A stretch of DNA of 64,000 bases from Gammaproteobacteria bacterium. GTDB lineage: Bacteria > Pseudomonadota > Gammaproteobacteria > JAJFKO01. Within the stretch, counting starts at the first letter, position 1. Every line of letters begins with the position of its first letter. The stretch lies in the NCBI GenBank assembly GCA_021773175.1, contig JAJFKO010000043.1:87757-151756 (forward strand). The letters are read 5' to 3'. The notes beneath the pieces were generated by a model. The model saw only the letters and a program-made list of their open reading frames with translations, did no database searches and was not told the origin of the DNA. Below, piece by piece: positions 42,836-52,625 of the stretch. The translations under genes were made by a program, and so were the position numbers.

Positions 42836-44368
42836 TCAATCTTCTTTTGATACCTTTCGATATTTCTTGTGATCAAACCAAGAGGCTAATAATGCGATAA
42901 AAAATAAACAAACTAGAATCCAAAGATTGCCGATAATGACCCATGGCGTGCTACCTTGCATGGGCGTAATCTTACCGCTTAACACGGCTTTTTGTAAAAA
43001 TGGTGCAGCATTAATGATGTTACCTTTGGCATCAATCAAGGCAGAAGGGCCACCATTAGTCGCAAAGATTTGGTCGCGACCGGACTGTAGTGAACGGAAT
43101 TGTGCGATTTGTAAATGTTGGAAACTCGCAATGGAATGACCGAACCAACTGTCGTCACTCGTTGTAACCAAAAAGTGCGCTTGCGGTAACCACGAACGGA
43201 GTAAATCCGGAAAAGCAATTTCATAACAAATAAATGGCGCGAAGTAATTACCGTTTATTTGTAGTGGTTTTTGGATTACTGGCCCCGGAACAAAGTTAGA
43301 CATGGGTATACTAAAGAAGTTAATAATACCTCGTAAGAATGCACCAAAAGGTAAGTACTCACCGAAAGGCACTAAGTGGCGCTTGTAATACACGCCCTGA
43401 CCATGACCAAGTAACTGTAAGGTATTATAGTAATTTTCATTATCTGGGCTAAGTACGGGCAGACCAATCAATAAGGTTGCATCGTGAGCTTTAGCGGCGG
43501 CACTGAGTTGCATTAACAAGCCTTTTACATAACGACGCGGAACAGGGATACTACTTTCAGGCCAAACAATAATATGGCTGCCCCAATGAGTTTTAGTTAA
43601 ATCCCAATAGACTTTAATATTGTTGAGAATTTCTTGCTGACTCCATTTACGACCTTGTGGAATATTGCCTTGGATAGCGGTTACGGGAATATTTTTGCCA
43701 CTAGGTTGAGTCCAATTGACTTTCTGGAGTGCTGCGCCACTCAACCAAATCAGTCCGATAACAATGAATAAAATAATTTTAGTTTTTAGATGAAAACGTT
43801 TGCTGCAAATAATGCTGAAAACAGCGGCAGTAAAGGCAATGATAAAGCCAACACCATAATTACCAAGAATGGGAATATAACCAGCAAGGGGAGATTGGAT
43901 TTGACTGTAACCTAATAGTAACCAAGGAAAGCCTGTTAACACCCAGCTGTGTAACCAACCACAAAGAATCCATGCGACTGGAAAGCCGATTAAGCGCTTT
44001 AATAAAGAGTCACGCTTGAATAACAGCGATAATACTAAACCACCAACTGCGATGAATAGCGCTAGCGTAATGACAAAGATAGCTGTAAAGATTACTGCTA
44101 GCGCAATATTGGTATTGCCGAAGCGATGGATGCTAATAAATACCCAAGAAGCGCCAATTCCAAAGAAGCCAACTCCAAACCAGAGACCGCGCCAGAAAGC
44201 TTGGTTTGGTTTTGCATCCATCCAAGCAAAGACAAGTAGAAAAAGTGATAAAATAGCTAATGGAAAAATATTAAAGGGAGCAAAAGCAAATGATAATGGC
44301 AAGCCGGCAATTAAGCTGTAAAGCCAGACTGGTCGACGCCATATTGAATGATTGTTTTTGTTTGTCAT
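42836..44368 (-). CDS. lnt: Apolipoprotein N-acyltransferase
   Basis: TGFPWLLLGYSQ, VWPES, YYKRHLVPFGEY and ICYEIAF. Confidence 0.95.
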   Translation of the reverse strand: MTNKNNHSIWRRPVWLYSLIAGLPLSFAFAPFNIFPLAILSLFLLVFAWMDAKPNQAFWRGLWFGVGFFGIGASWVFISIHRFGNTNIALAVIFTAIFVITLALFIAVGGLVLSLLFKRDSLLKRLIGFPVAWILCGWLHSWVLTGFPWLLLGYSQIQSPLAGYIPILGNYGVGFIIAFTAAVFSIICSKRFHLKTKIILFIVIGLIWLSGAALQKVNWTQPSGKNIPVTAIQGNIPQGRKWSQQEILNNIKVYWDLTKTHWGSHIIVWPESSIPVPRRYVKGLLMQLSAAAKAHDATLLIGLPVLSPDNENYYNTLQLLGHGQGVYYKRHLVPFGEYLPFGAFLRGIINFFSIPMSNFVPGPVIQKPLQINGNYFAPFICYEIAFPDLLRSWLPQAHFLVTTSDDSWFGHSIASFQHLQIAQFRSLQSGRDQIFATNGGPSALIDAKGNIINAAPFLQKAVLSGKITPMQGSTPWVIIGNLWILVCLFFIALLASWFDHKKYRKVSKED

Positions 44369-44601
44369 GTTGATTAAGTTCTCTTTATTGCTTGCTTTGA
44401 TGCTTTATTCAACCATTGTCATAAAACCTAGCAGTTTTGTATTTTGATTAAGTTCAAATAATTAATCAAGTTGTTTTATTACAGATTGACCAAAGATTTC
44501 AAGCTGACATGAAATGTGTAACCAATTGATTATACTTTAGTTATGTGTTTTTTTGTGACCATTAAGCAAATTTAACGATGCTCCAACGCGAACATTATCG
44601 A

Positions 44602-45834
44602 TTAAAATTTAACCGGCTTGTTAATAATAATATTAACGGTATGCTTTTCTTGCCGTGGATTAATTACTTTACTCTGCCCGATAAAATCTCCTGTACGCGG
44701 TATTGCTTGGCCGCTTTTACTGACTCGCGCAAAAATACGAACTTGCTTATAATCGGATAAGGTTGCAGTTGGTAGCATCGCATTTCTATCATTCAAGATG
44801 ACATCAAGCGGTAAATTGCTTACTTGTTTACGGATGATCGCTAAAGGCACAACAGGACCTTTGAGTGCTTTCGCATAAATAAACACAACGGTATCTTTAT
44901 TCGTTTTTGCTTTTAAATCATTAGCAAGACTGACATGTATCTGTAATTGCGGTCCGTTGATATCTGTCTGACTGCCGCCATGCTGTTGTAAATCCTTTTG
45001 TGCTTTAGCAATGATTTTTAATAAAGCCGTACCATTCTTGCTGCTAGGTGGAAAGTATTGTAATAGTGACTCCCAAATACGTATGGCTTTAGCGTAATGC
45101 TTATCTTGATATTTTTGCATCGCCAAGAAATTTAGTAATACTGGGTTGCGAGGTTGTGTTTGCAATAGTTTATGTAAAATACCACGTGTTTCATTAGTAA
45201 ATTTACGATGATTGAAAAAATAGCTCATTTCTAAATATTCAAAAGCATAAGCGGGATTATTAGGTTTTAATCGATAAGCTTTTCTTAACGCCATCACCGC
45301 AGATGGTAATTGATCTTGATGTGCATAAAGCTTACCAAGTAAATACCAGCCCTTAGCTTGCTTTGGATGGGCATTTAAATAAGTTTGGAAACGTTTGGCA
45401 ACCGCTGAAATAGGCCCCATTCTTTTCAAATCTTTTTTTGCTAAAACTGTCTGCTGAATTTGATTTTCATAAGCCGCGACGCGCGGACTATCTCCCCAAT
45501 GAAAATACAACAGGATCACGGCAAGCGGAAATAGTATGGCTAATGCACATAAGGTTTTTTTATTATGGCGATAAACATTGGCTTGTTGATGACTGTCGTT
45601 AGTATCTTGCAGTAATGCTTTATCTAAAGCGGTCTTATTTTCTTGGTATTGTCCATTATCAATGCTGCCAACATGTAAATCATTTTCTAATTGCTGGAGC
45701 TTTTCTTGGTGCAATGCAATGTTAATCGCTTGCCGTGAAATATTTTTTTTCTTGAGCGTCGATAATAAGGGTGTGGCAATAAAGCACAGAGCTATCAATA
45801 ATAGAATTGCGATAATAATCCAAAAACTAATCAT
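44602..45834 (-). CDS. ccmI: Cytochrome c biogenesis protein CcmI/CycH
   Basis: Two N-terminal TMs, TPRs and a C-terminal domain with VFIYAKA...PLAI and ARVSKSG. Confidence 0.88.
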   Translation of the reverse strand: MISFWIIIAILLLIALCFIATPLLSTLKKKNISRQAINIALHQEKLQQLENDLHVGSIDNGQYQENKTALDKALLQDTNDSHQQANVYRHNKKTLCALAILFPLAVILLYFHWGDSPRVAAYENQIQQTVLAKKDLKRMGPISAVAKRFQTYLNAHPKQAKGWYLLGKLYAHQDQLPSAVMALRKAYRLKPNNPAYAFEYLEMSYFFNHRKFTNETRGILHKLLQTQPRNPVLLNFLAMQKYQDKHYAKAIRIWESLLQYFPPSSKNGTALLKIIAKAQKDLQQHGGSQTDINGPQLQIHVSLANDLKAKTNKDTVVFIYAKALKGPVVPLAIIRKQVSNLPLDVILNDRNAMLPTATLSDYKQVRIFARVSKSGQAIPRTGDFIGQSKVINPRQEKHTVNIIINKPVKF

Positions 45835-46328
45835 GATGGCGCGTTATCCTTGTTGAGTAATGCTTGTAAGCGTTGTTGTTCTTCTATTGATAGTTCTGAT
45901 TTTACTGTCGTCGTACGACGTTGCTTTTTAATTATATAAAACAGAATCATAAAACCAAAGATAAATAAGAGCAATGGTCCAAACCATAAGAGCAGGGTAT
46001 TGCGTTGTACCGGAGGTTTATATAAAACAAAGTCACCATAGCGTGTGACTAGATAATTTATGATTTGTTTGTTGCTTTGTCCGTTTAATACTTTTTGATA
46101 AATATCTTGACGTAGTTGTGCTGCTAGAGCTGCGTCAGATTCTGCAAGATTCTGATTTTGACAGACTAGGCACCGTAGTTGCCATGTCAACTTTTTAAAG
46201 CGCTGTGCTTTTACCTGTGATGAAAAAGGGTAAAGTTCTTTGGCAGCCAATTGTGGACTATAGCCCATTATCACGCATGCTAATAAACAAATAAAAAGAG
46301 ATTTAATAAATACGGCTTTATTTAACAT
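45831..46328 (-). CDS. ccmH: Cytochrome c biogenesis protein CcmH
   Basis: LRCLVCQNQNLAES, RYGDFVLYKPP and LLWFGP. Confidence 0.95.
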   Translation of the reverse strand: MLNKAVFIKSLFICLLACVIMGYSPQLAAKELYPFSSQVKAQRFKKLTWQLRCLVCQNQNLAESDAALAAQLRQDIYQKVLNGQSNKQIINYLVTRYGDFVLYKPPVQRNTLLLWFGPLLLFIFGFMILFYIIKKQRRTTTVKSELSIEEQQRLQALLNKDNAPS

Positions 46329-46332
46329 GATG

Positions 46333-46884
46333 TTATGCTTCTTTTTGTAGTTTTTTAACTAAAGGTAAAATTTGCTGTTGCCAAATCTCTTCGGTTACTG
46401 CTCCAATTTGTTTGAAGCGAATCTTACCGTGTTTATCGATAACAAAAGTTTCTGGTGTGCCATAGACACCAAAATCGAGAGCTGCTATGCCTTTCTCATC
46501 AAACCCAACTTTTGTATATGGATTGCCAAATTCGCGCAACCAAGTTTCTGCAGCTTTGCGAGTATCCTTATAATCTAAACTATAAAGCGGCACGATATGT
46601 TGTGCAGCAATATCCATCAAAATAGGATGCTCCATACGACAAGTCATGCACCAAGATGCCCAGACGTTTAATAACACGACATGATGATGAAAATCTTGAT
46701 TAGAAAAAGTTTGTTGCGGATGCTCTAAGCTAGCAATACTAAACTGAGGTGCTTTTTTATTAATCAGCACGGATGGGATTTTGTGTGGATTAATATGTAA
46801 GCCTTGCCACAGGAATATCGCCAAACCGAGGAAAATAGCGAGAGGGATTAAGTATATAAGTAATTTCAAGGGGTTGCGGTGCAT
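46333..46884 (-). CDS. ccmG: Thiol:disulfide interchange protein CcmG/DsbE
   Basis: NVWASWCMTC and GVYGTPETF. Confidence 0.95.
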   Translation of the reverse strand: MHRNPLKLLIYLIPLAIFLGLAIFLWQGLHINPHKIPSVLINKKAPQFSIASLEHPQQTFSNQDFHHHVVLLNVWASWCMTCRMEHPILMDIAAQHIVPLYSLDYKDTRKAAETWLREFGNPYTKVGFDEKGIAALDFGVYGTPETFVIDKHGKIRFKQIGAVTEEIWQQQILPLVKKLQKEA

Positions 46885-47018
46885 ATGTTTTGCCTAAAGT
46901 TGATCTTCAAAATTAAATTTAAATCGTTTAGCGTATGTTTTAATGAGGTCGATCGTCGGCAATTTTATGAGTAATGTCAATGACTTTGTCGTAAACTCTG
47001 ACTCTTAATGCGTTGATT

Positions 47019-48185
47019 TTAGTCTGTCTTTGGTGGCATTAAATAATCTTGATAATTAAGAATAGAAACATTTTCGGTATAGCCACGACTAATACCATTA
47101 TAAAGGAGGTAACCTTTATCGTGCTTAGTTGTTATTGCCATAACTTCTTTTAGCATTTGAGGTTTAAACGTTTCTCCTTGTTTAATTTCAATATATTCTT
47201 TATATGCTTTACGATCGACAATCAAATCTATTTCAGTACCATTAGATGTTCGATAATAATAACAATTTACATTAGTTGCGGCATGTAATTCTTTTTTTAT
47301 AATCTCAGCAATCAAATAATTCTCAAATAAACTTCCTGCCATAGGACCTTTTTCATATATTTCCCGACTAGTAATTCCCGTTAGATAAGCTACGAGTCCA
47401 GTATCATAGAAATAGACTTTGGGGCTTTTAATAATGCGCTTGCCAAAATTCTCATAAAAGGGTGGTAGTAAAAAGATAATATAGGATACCTCTAAGATAG
47501 AAATCCATTTTTTTATTGTATTAACACTAACACCAATGGCATTTGCATAATTTGTTAAATTCAATATTTGCGAGGTATTACTAGCAAGAAGTTGAATAAA
47601 TCGCTGAAAATCACGCAAATTGCCGATGTTACTAATTTTTCTAACATCTTGATGCAAATATGTTTCTAAATATGAGGCATACCACTGTTGGGAAAACTGA
47701 TAATTACGTTGAACTAATTCAGGGTATTCGCCACGGTATATAACGCTATCTCGTAAATCTTCTGGTACTTCAGAAAACTCTAAAGGTAATAATGATAGTA
47801 AACCAACTCGGCCGGCTAATGATTCTGAGATCTTTTCTAGTAGTGTGAATTGAGCTGATCCGGTAAGAATAAATTTTCCGTAATTTTGTCTATCTTCATC
47901 AACAGCTATTTTGATGAAGCTAAATAATTCTGGAACTTTTTGGGCTTCATCAAAGATGACATGATTATTATGCAGACGCATAAAGCGTTCAGGGTCATCA
48001 TAAAACTCAGCAATAATATTGGGGTTGTCAAATGTTACATATGAATAGTGGGGTAATATTTGTTTAACTAGAGTGCTTTTACCCGATTGTCGTGGACCAG
48101 TAATGGCAACAACAGGGAAGTTTTGTATGTATTGCTGTAATTGCTTTTCAATTTCTCGATGAATATAAGCCATAAATTTATCCAT
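47019..48185 (-). CDS. AAA+ ATPase (AAA_14/DUF4143-type) with HTH and C-terminal PD-(D/E)XK-like motif
   Basis: GPRQSGKS, IFDEAQ, LTGS, ESLAGR, KSPKVYFYDTG, GSLFEN and EIDL...IEIK. Confidence 0.9.
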   Translation of the reverse strand: MDKFMAYIHREIEKQLQQYIQNFPVVAITGPRQSGKSTLVKQILPHYSYVTFDNPNIIAEFYDDPERFMRLHNNHVIFDEAQKVPELFSFIKIAVDEDRQNYGKFILTGSAQFTLLEKISESLAGRVGLLSLLPLEFSEVPEDLRDSVIYRGEYPELVQRNYQFSQQWYASYLETYLHQDVRKISNIGNLRDFQRFIQLLASNTSQILNLTNYANAIGVSVNTIKKWISILEVSYIIFLLPPFYENFGKRIIKSPKVYFYDTGLVAYLTGITSREIYEKGPMAGSLFENYLIAEIIKKELHAATNVNCYYYRTSNGTEIDLIVDRKAYKEYIEIKQGETFKPQMLKEVMAITTKHDKGYLLYNGISRGYTENVSILNYQDYLMPPKTD

Positions 48186-48277
48186 GTATATTTTCAGTTG
48201 AAATGCAAATATACATGAAAATATGTAATTTGTCTGATTTATCTATGTATATTTGCAGTTGCAATGCAAATATACAT
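48184..48277. repeat. Two direct copies of a 33-bp palindrome separated by 28 bp
   Basis: atgtatattttcagttgaaatgcaaatatacat (48184-48216) and atgtatatttgcagttgcaatgcaaatatacat (48245-48277), 31/33 identical. Confidence 0.9.
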
Positions 48278-48288
48278 AATTTAAAGCG

Positions 48289-48680
48289 CTATATTTGCTT
48301 CTTGCTCATACCCACAACCTCAATAATTTCTTTGATTTTTTTTGCAGGATCAAACTTTATAATGGCTGTTGTAACGAATTCTCCTATAGCAGGTGACTGC
48401 CAAGCAAAGTTTATTGCTGTAGATTGTTGTTCTTCATCAGTTATGATCACTAAGGTTTGCATATCCCAAGGATGAGCAACAGCACATGCATTCTGTAGCT
48501 GCTGTTTGAGTTCTTCTAATCCAGTTGTGATTAATACGGTATTTTCAATTTTGCAGATCTGATTTGAAAAGAGTGCATCTAATAGATTCTCAGAATCTTT
48601 AGCCCAATTATCTTTGCTAACATGTTCATAAAAGAAATATAATTTTTAGAGAGCGTTAACAACTCTGTCTTTAATAACAT
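48289..48680 (-). pseudogene. Frameshifted SnoaL/NTF2-like small protein
   Basis: MLLKTELLTLSKNYISFMN in one frame continues as HVSKDNWAKDSENLLDALFSNQICKIEN...AIIKFDPAKKIKEIIEVV in another; span 392 nt, 1 nt short of an intact ORF. Confidence 0.65.
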
Positions 48681-48686
48681 ATTGTT

Positions 48687-48907
48687 TATATACCCAGCGT
48701 AGTTGAAGATGCGAGATCGACTGAAATAAGATACTTTCTAAGCTTGAGACTTTTAGCTGTCAGTAGTGCATTAGATTCGCAATAAATTATAGGGAAAAAT
48801 GCGGCACATAGTCATTCTATGTAACAATTTTTTCCGTATAATTTGTTGTGAAGATGATGTGCTAATGGCCGGCTAAAAGTCGCATCTTCAACTACGCTGG
48901 GTATATA
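48687..48907. mobile_element. ERIC-like MITE with 28-bp perfect terminal inverted repeats
   Basis: tatatacccagcgtagttgaagatgcga (48687-48714) and tcgcatcttcaactacgctgggtatata (48880-48907); TA-flanked; non-coding interior. Confidence 0.8.
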
Positions 48908-48920
48908 TCCTTTATTTATT

Positions 48921-50876
48921 TTAACTTACGTTTTGATTAGATGAGGTTTTTGTAGCCAACCTTTTAGCAAGTTTATAACGTCGATCGCTTAGCGCAAGAA
49001 TCCCGCCAAACAGCATTAGCAAACCACCAAGCCATACCCAACGTACAAAAGGTTTATAGTAAAGTCGTAATGACCAACCACCATGGCGTAATGGATCGCC
49101 AAGTGAGATATATAAATCACGAAATAATCCAGCATCAATCGCCGCTTCCGTCGTGGCCATATGTTGTACCGGGAATAAACGTTTCTCAGCATTAAGCGTC
49201 GTTAAGTAATGGCCATTTTCCTTTACTGTAAACACAGCGGTAACGCCGGTGTAGTTTGGGCCGATTAAAGGTTGGGTACGCATAAAAGTAAATTGATACT
49301 GTCCGACTTGCGCAGTATTACCTGGACGCATGCTAACATCTTTTTCAATACTATAAACAGAGGTAACGGTAATACCGATAATACAAACGCCAACACCAAG
49401 ATGCGCTAAGATCATGCCATAATAATTTCGTGATTGGCGCCAGCCTTGTTGGCGAATGCGTTGTATTAAGCCTATTAATGTTAGAGCAATAATCCATGCT
49501 GCTAAAGTTAAACCAACAATAACCATAATATGGATATGGCCGAGTATTTTTACTGTAATGACAACACCAATGACCAATGTAATCAACAAGCCTAACCAAA
49601 TGCGTTGCCAGATTTTTTTCATCGGCATTTTTTGCCAAAACATGAGAGGGCCAATACCTAATAGAATAAATAAAGGAATCGATAGTGGAATAAACACAGC
49701 GTTAAAGTAGGGAGGGCCTACGGAAATTTTACCAGCATGCATGGCATCGATAAACAAAGGATATAAGGTGCCGAGTAAAATCGTTGTCATCATGATGAAC
49801 AATAAAACATTATTCGATAGTAAGAATGTTTCACGCGACAATGCATTAAATTGGCCGCCACTGTGAATACGATGAGCTCGAAATGCGTAAAGCGTTAATG
49901 AACAACCGACAACGATCAATAAAAAGAGTAGCATGTAAACACCGCGAGTTGGATCGAGCGCGAAAGCATGTACTGAGGTTAAAATGCCTGAACGTACTAA
50001 GAAGGTGCCGAATAAGCTTAACGAAAAAGCCATAATGGCGAGTAATACAGTCCAACCTTTAAAAGCATTACGCTTTTCACAAACGATTAATGAATGCATT
50101 AATGCTGTGCCGACTAACCAAGGTAAAAACGAAGCATTTTCTACTGGATCCCAAGCCCACCAGCCACCCCAGCCGAGTACGCGATAAGACCACCAACTTC
50201 CTAGCGTAATGCCGAGCGTTAAAAAACACCACGCTGCAATTGTCCACGGACGTGACCAACGAGCCCAAGCAGCATCTAATCGACCTGATAATAAAGCCGC
50301 GATCGCAAAGGCAAAGGCAACGGAGAAACCGACATAGCCCATATAAAGCATCGGCGGATGAATGGCTAAACCTGGATCTTGTAACAGTGGATTTAAATCG
50401 CGACCTTGTAATGGAATGTTTGGTAATAAGGTCGCAAAAGGATTCGATGTAGTGATAATAAATAAAATAAAACCAAAACTAATCAAACCGAGTATTGCTA
50501 ATACTTGTGCGGTTGTTTCTTCTGGTAAGCTGCGACTAAAGAAGGCAACGGCTGCAGTCCAAACACCAAGAATGGTTGTCCATAACAACATTGACCCTTC
50601 ATGTGCACCCCAAACGGCCGTAATGCGATAGAGTAAAGGCAAATGCGTATTCGAATTAGCGGCAACATACGCCACGAAGAAATCATTATTGATAAAAGCA
50701 TAAGTGAGTGTTGCATAAGCAAATAATAAAAAGAAAAATTGGCCTAGCGCTAAAGGGCGCGCCATTTGAATCCAGGTGCGATTACCACGATAGGTTCCGA
50801 GTAATGGAATAATCGCTTGGGTAACAGCAAAGCATAGCGCAACAACTAAAGCGAAATTACCAAACTCTGGGATCAT
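48921..50876 (-). CDS. ccmF: Heme lyase CcmF
   Basis: WGAHEGS, LNPLLQDPGLAIHPP, WWD motif WGGWWAWDPVENAS and SVHAF. Confidence 0.97.
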   Translation of the reverse strand: MIPEFGNFALVVALCFAVTQAIIPLLGTYRGNRTWIQMARPLALGQFFFLLFAYATLTYAFINNDFFVAYVAANSNTHLPLLYRITAVWGAHEGSMLLWTTILGVWTAAVAFFSRSLPEETTAQVLAILGLISFGFILFIITTSNPFATLLPNIPLQGRDLNPLLQDPGLAIHPPMLYMGYVGFSVAFAFAIAALLSGRLDAAWARWSRPWTIAAWCFLTLGITLGSWWSYRVLGWGGWWAWDPVENASFLPWLVGTALMHSLIVCEKRNAFKGWTVLLAIMAFSLSLFGTFLVRSGILTSVHAFALDPTRGVYMLLFLLIVVGCSLTLYAFRAHRIHSGGQFNALSRETFLLSNNVLLFIMMTTILLGTLYPLFIDAMHAGKISVGPPYFNAVFIPLSIPLFILLGIGPLMFWQKMPMKKIWQRIWLGLLITLVIGVVITVKILGHIHIMVIVGLTLAAWIIALTLIGLIQRIRQQGWRQSRNYYGMILAHLGVGVCIIGITVTSVYSIEKDVSMRPGNTAQVGQYQFTFMRTQPLIGPNYTGVTAVFTVKENGHYLTTLNAEKRLFPVQHMATTEAAIDAGLFRDLYISLGDPLRHGGWSLRLYYKPFVRWVWLGGLLMLFGGILALSDRRYKLAKRLATKTSSNQNVS

Positions 50877-51334
50877 TGTATTTTCCCTACAGATTTAATA
50901 TGTTTGTAATGTTTTGCTTCTTTTAATGCGGCACGTACTTCCGGTGGCATATAAGTCGCATCATGTTTTGCTAATACTTGGCTCGCAATAAACACGCCAT
51001 GATGATTAAGCTGACCATCAACAACGATGCCTTGGCCAGCACGAAATAGATCCGGCAATATGCCTTTATATTTAACTTCAACTTGATTGACTTTATCGGT
51101 GACATCAAAACTAACATCTAAGCTATGTGGGATTTGATGAATTGTTCCTGGTTTAACAATGCCGCCGATACGAAACATGTGATGTTTCGGCGCTTGGCCT
51201 GTCACAACTTGTGATGGTGAATAAAATAAATTGATATTTTGATTTAATGCATACAAGGCTAAACCGACAGCAATCGCCATGCCAATAACAATGATCAAGA
51301 CGAATGTTAAGCGTTTGGTTCTTTTAGGATTCAT
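50873..51334 (-). CDS. ccmE: Heme chaperone CcmE
   Basis: GILPDLFRAGQG and VLAKHDATYMPPE. Confidence 0.96.
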   Translation of the reverse strand: MNPKRTKRLTFVLIIVIGMAIAVGLALYALNQNINLFYSPSQVVTGQAPKHHMFRIGGIVKPGTIHQIPHSLDVSFDVTDKVNQVEVKYKGILPDLFRAGQGIVVDGQLNHHGVFIASQVLAKHDATYMPPEVRAALKEAKHYKHIKSVGKIQ

Positions 51335-51536
51335 AAATAACTTCTGCTTCTTTAATTGGTTGCGGCTCTTGCAACTCTTGTTGTTTTAGCATTTTAATAA
51401 TGCGGCGCTTCTTTTGTATCGGTAAAAATATATTTAACACCACGACAATAAAAACAACGCCATAGGCAGACCAAACATAAGGTGCAAAGCCACCCATTAA
51501 TAAAAAAGCATGGAATGTTTTAAACTGTCCTAACAT
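51324..51536 (-). CDS. ccmD: Heme exporter protein CcmD
   Basis: MGGFAPYVWSAYG, a single TM and a basic tail; start trimmed to MLGQF. Confidence 0.88.
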   Translation of the reverse strand: MLGQFKTFHAFLLMGGFAPYVWSAYGVVFIVVVLNIFLPIQKKRRIIKMLKQQELQEPQPIKEAEVIYES

Positions 51537-52264
51537 GATATTAACCTCTGCACCCAACGACTTTGGTTTTCCCAAAGTAGCACTTCATTGCGTGTGCGCA
51601 TTAATAAAATGGTTGCAAATAATAAACCGAAACCGACAATCATTGCTAATAGCGGATAAAGCATGCTGGGTGAAATAGTGGGTTTAGATAGTAAACTCAA
51701 ACTTGCACCTTGATGCAAGGTATTCCACCAGTCTACAGAAAAATGAATAATCGGAATATCAACAAAGCCAACTAATAATAAAATAGCGCCAGCTTTTGCA
51801 GCGGTTTGGCGATTTGGAATGGCAGTTTGCAAGCCAATAAAACCTAAGTATAAGAAGAGTAATATCAATTCTGACGTTAGCCGCGCATCCCAAACCCAGT
51901 AGGTGCCCCACATGGGTTTACCCCAAATTGAACCGGTTGCTAAAGCGGCAAAGGTTATCCATGCCCCAATGACGCTGCTGGCACGTACCATAATATGCGC
52001 CATTTTCATGCGCCAAATAAGACCGATAGCAGCAGTAATGGTCATAAATGTATAAATGCCGAGCGACCAAATAGCGCAAGGCACATGAACGTAGATAATC
52101 CGAAAGCCATCACCTTGTTGATAATCGGGTGGAGCCAAAATCAAGCCAGCATAAAGCCCATAAATCAATAAGATAGCTGTGGCTAAGATGAACCAAGGCA
52201 GCATTTTTCCAGATAGATCGTAGAAATATTTAGGTGATGACAATTTGTGCATGAACTGCCACAT
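51530..52264 (-). CDS. ccmC: Heme exporter protein CcmC
   Basis: RIIYVHVP, WGKPMWGTYWVWDARLTSEL and WWNTLHQ. Confidence 0.97.
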   Translation of the reverse strand: MWQFMHKLSSPKYFYDLSGKMLPWFILATAILLIYGLYAGLILAPPDYQQGDGFRIIYVHVPCAIWSLGIYTFMTITAAIGLIWRMKMAHIMVRASSVIGAWITFAALATGSIWGKPMWGTYWVWDARLTSELILLFLYLGFIGLQTAIPNRQTAAKAGAILLLVGFVDIPIIHFSVDWWNTLHQGASLSLLSKPTISPSMLYPLLAMIVGFGLLFATILLMRTRNEVLLWENQSRWVQRLISC

Positions 52265-52293
52265 AGTCGTCCTTTTATAAAAAAATTCTAAGG

Positions 52294-52419
52294 TCAGGAC
52301 TTACGCTAAACGCCAAGGTCGAGGCAACGATGTTTTCTAAAAGCCGATAGTATACGTAATACACGAGGATTTTAGAAAACATGGTTAACAAAGAGATTGG
52401 CGTTTAGCGTAAGTCCTGA
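52294..52419. mobile_element. 126-bp palindromic MITE (RPE-like), full copy
   Basis: Perfect 23-bp TIRs tcaggacttacgctaaacgccaa / ttggcgtttagcgtaagtcctga, plus an inner 13-bp IR atgttttctaaaa / ttttagaaaacat. Confidence 0.85.
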
Positions 52420-52550
52420 AGGTGAAAATTGGTGCCATTGTTACACAAATTTGCCTGAACGACAATTTATTCATAGCTTCTGTAGTCCTCAAAATCCAAA
52501 ATGTGGGCTCAAATGGAGAGAGATGTGACTAACACCAAGTTGGAATTTAA

Positions 52551-52579
52551 TTGAACATTCCGCAGTGTGCTGATATTAT
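52551..52579 (+). promoter_or_regulatory. sigma70-type promoter of the 3666-aa gene
   Basis: TTGAAC-17 bp-TATTAT with an extended TG. Confidence 0.5.
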
Positions 52580-52625
52580 ACATTTACATCAAAAGCTCAT
52601 TAATTGAAAAGCAACAGATTAAACC

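Noticed and set aside
48184-48277. CRISPR array
   Set aside because: Only two repeats, an AT-rich spacer, no leader and no cas genes in the window; reported instead as a twin palindrome.
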